Below, piece by piece: positions 62,981-64,000 of a stretch of 64,000 nucleotides of DNA. A program made the translations under genes and the position numbers. Positions within the stretch are counted from its first letter, which is position 1. Every line of letters begins with the position of its first letter. Source of the DNA: Octopus sinensis (Eukaryota); the NCBI RefSeq assembly GCF_006345805.1, contig NC_043002.1, positions 75,764,001-75,828,000 of the forward strand, in the 5' to 3' direction. The notes below the pieces were generated by a model, which had not been told where the DNA came from, did not search any database, and saw nothing but the letters and a program-made list of their open reading frames with translations.

Positions 62981-63202
62981 CCCTTTTGATACCAACCCGG
63001 CTAAAACCGCCTCTGGCTCTTTAGTACAAATATCTTGTTTCCATATGTTCTGAATGAAAATCTTCCACCAAACCTTAGTCACAAATTATGTTCCTAACAC
63101 AAACTTAATGATAACTAAGTTATTTTATTAAATTCTTTGTTATATTTAAAATTAAGTGAAAGAAACACAAAGCATCTCAAAATAGATACGGTAACAAAAG
63201 GG
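62981..63202. mobile_element. piggyBac-like MITE (222 bp)
   Basis: TTAA|CCCTTTTGATACC ... GGTAACAAAAGGG|TTAA; TIR 12/13, perfect TTAA duplication. Confidence 0.88.
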
Positions 63203-63806
63203 TTAATTCTGATTTAGGATGTTCATCAGCAGAGGGAAGAGCAGAACAGCATATGTCATGCTCTAACCAAGTCACCCTCAACCCAATTTTTTGTGGCGTG
63301 CATTGAAACATTGACCTTTAAGGGAACTAATGAATTAATTCTACTGATTTTTTAAACAGCCTTCTAGGCAGTGTCCCTTGCTATGAGTGCCCTCCCCATC
63401 TCCTGTTACATTCCATTTTGATTTATAGCATTGATTGGTTTAACAAATTTAACCTCTCTTACCCACCATCTCATCAATAATGGCCCTCCTTTTTTTTTTA
63501 AAGCCTTTTCTCAATACCTACCTACCTCCATTTCTATTACCCCTGACACTTCTTGCCTTAAGTCTTCTCTCATTATTAGCAGTGGCCCCTACAAACCAAC
63601 AAAAGAACCTCTATGTTGTCACTTGACCTGCTAGAAATAACAACCAAATTTTTCCCTCATATGACATCTTACTGTTATATAAGGACAACACATTGGTTAA
63701 AGTGTCTTTATCTAATAATTGTTATGTAGTGTGTATTCGTTTTGTTCATCTTGTAATATGTGGTATGTTTGTGTGCATGCGCATGCACATGTATGTGTGT
63801 GTGTGA

Positions 63807-64000
63807 AGGTGGCAAGCTGGCAGAATCATTAGCATGCTGGGCAAAATGCTTAGCAGCATTTCGACTGTCACTACGTTCTGAGTTCAAATTCCACCGAGGT
63901 CGACTTTGCCTTTCACCCTTTTGAGGATCAATAAAATGAATACCAGTTGAACACTGGGGTTGATGTAATCAGCTTAAATCCCCCCCCCCCCAAAACGGCT
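63807..64000 (+). mobile_element. SINE family B
   Basis: GGTGGCAAGCTGGCAGAATC head, GAGTTCAAATTCC, core; runs to the window end. Confidence 0.88.

Overview
AT-rich eukaryotic genomic DNA, most likely from an octopod cephalopod. That assignment rests on recognising the SINE/LINE families and the extreme microsatellite density, not on a search. Most of the window is simple repeats and transposon debris: about six SINE-like families, two copies of an RTE LINE (one 3.3 kb, with a PHD-type C4HC3 finger inside its RT), a decayed mellifera-like mariner, a young non-autonomous Helitron, a Helentron-type element, piggyBac/hAT/Tc1 MITEs and a Ginger/gypsy-type integrase relic. One host gene is supported: a phase-compatible + strand chain of small exons at 5.3-8.4 kb encoding a helical protein I cannot name. 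Several weaker orphan exon candidates lie downstream. The most unusual signal is a tRNA-Arg-like-headed element (two copies, about 15.0-15.3 kb and 31.5-31.8 kb) whose tail has a Penelope-type minimal hammerhead fold and whose copies both carry inverted duplications. A second hammerhead-like module lies at 9.7 kb. There are no CRISPR arrays, rRNA or real tRNA genes. Nearly all long ORFs in the track are microsatellite or low-complexity artefacts. Repeat boundaries are by eye (about +/-10-20 nt) and SINE family letters A-H are my own labels.
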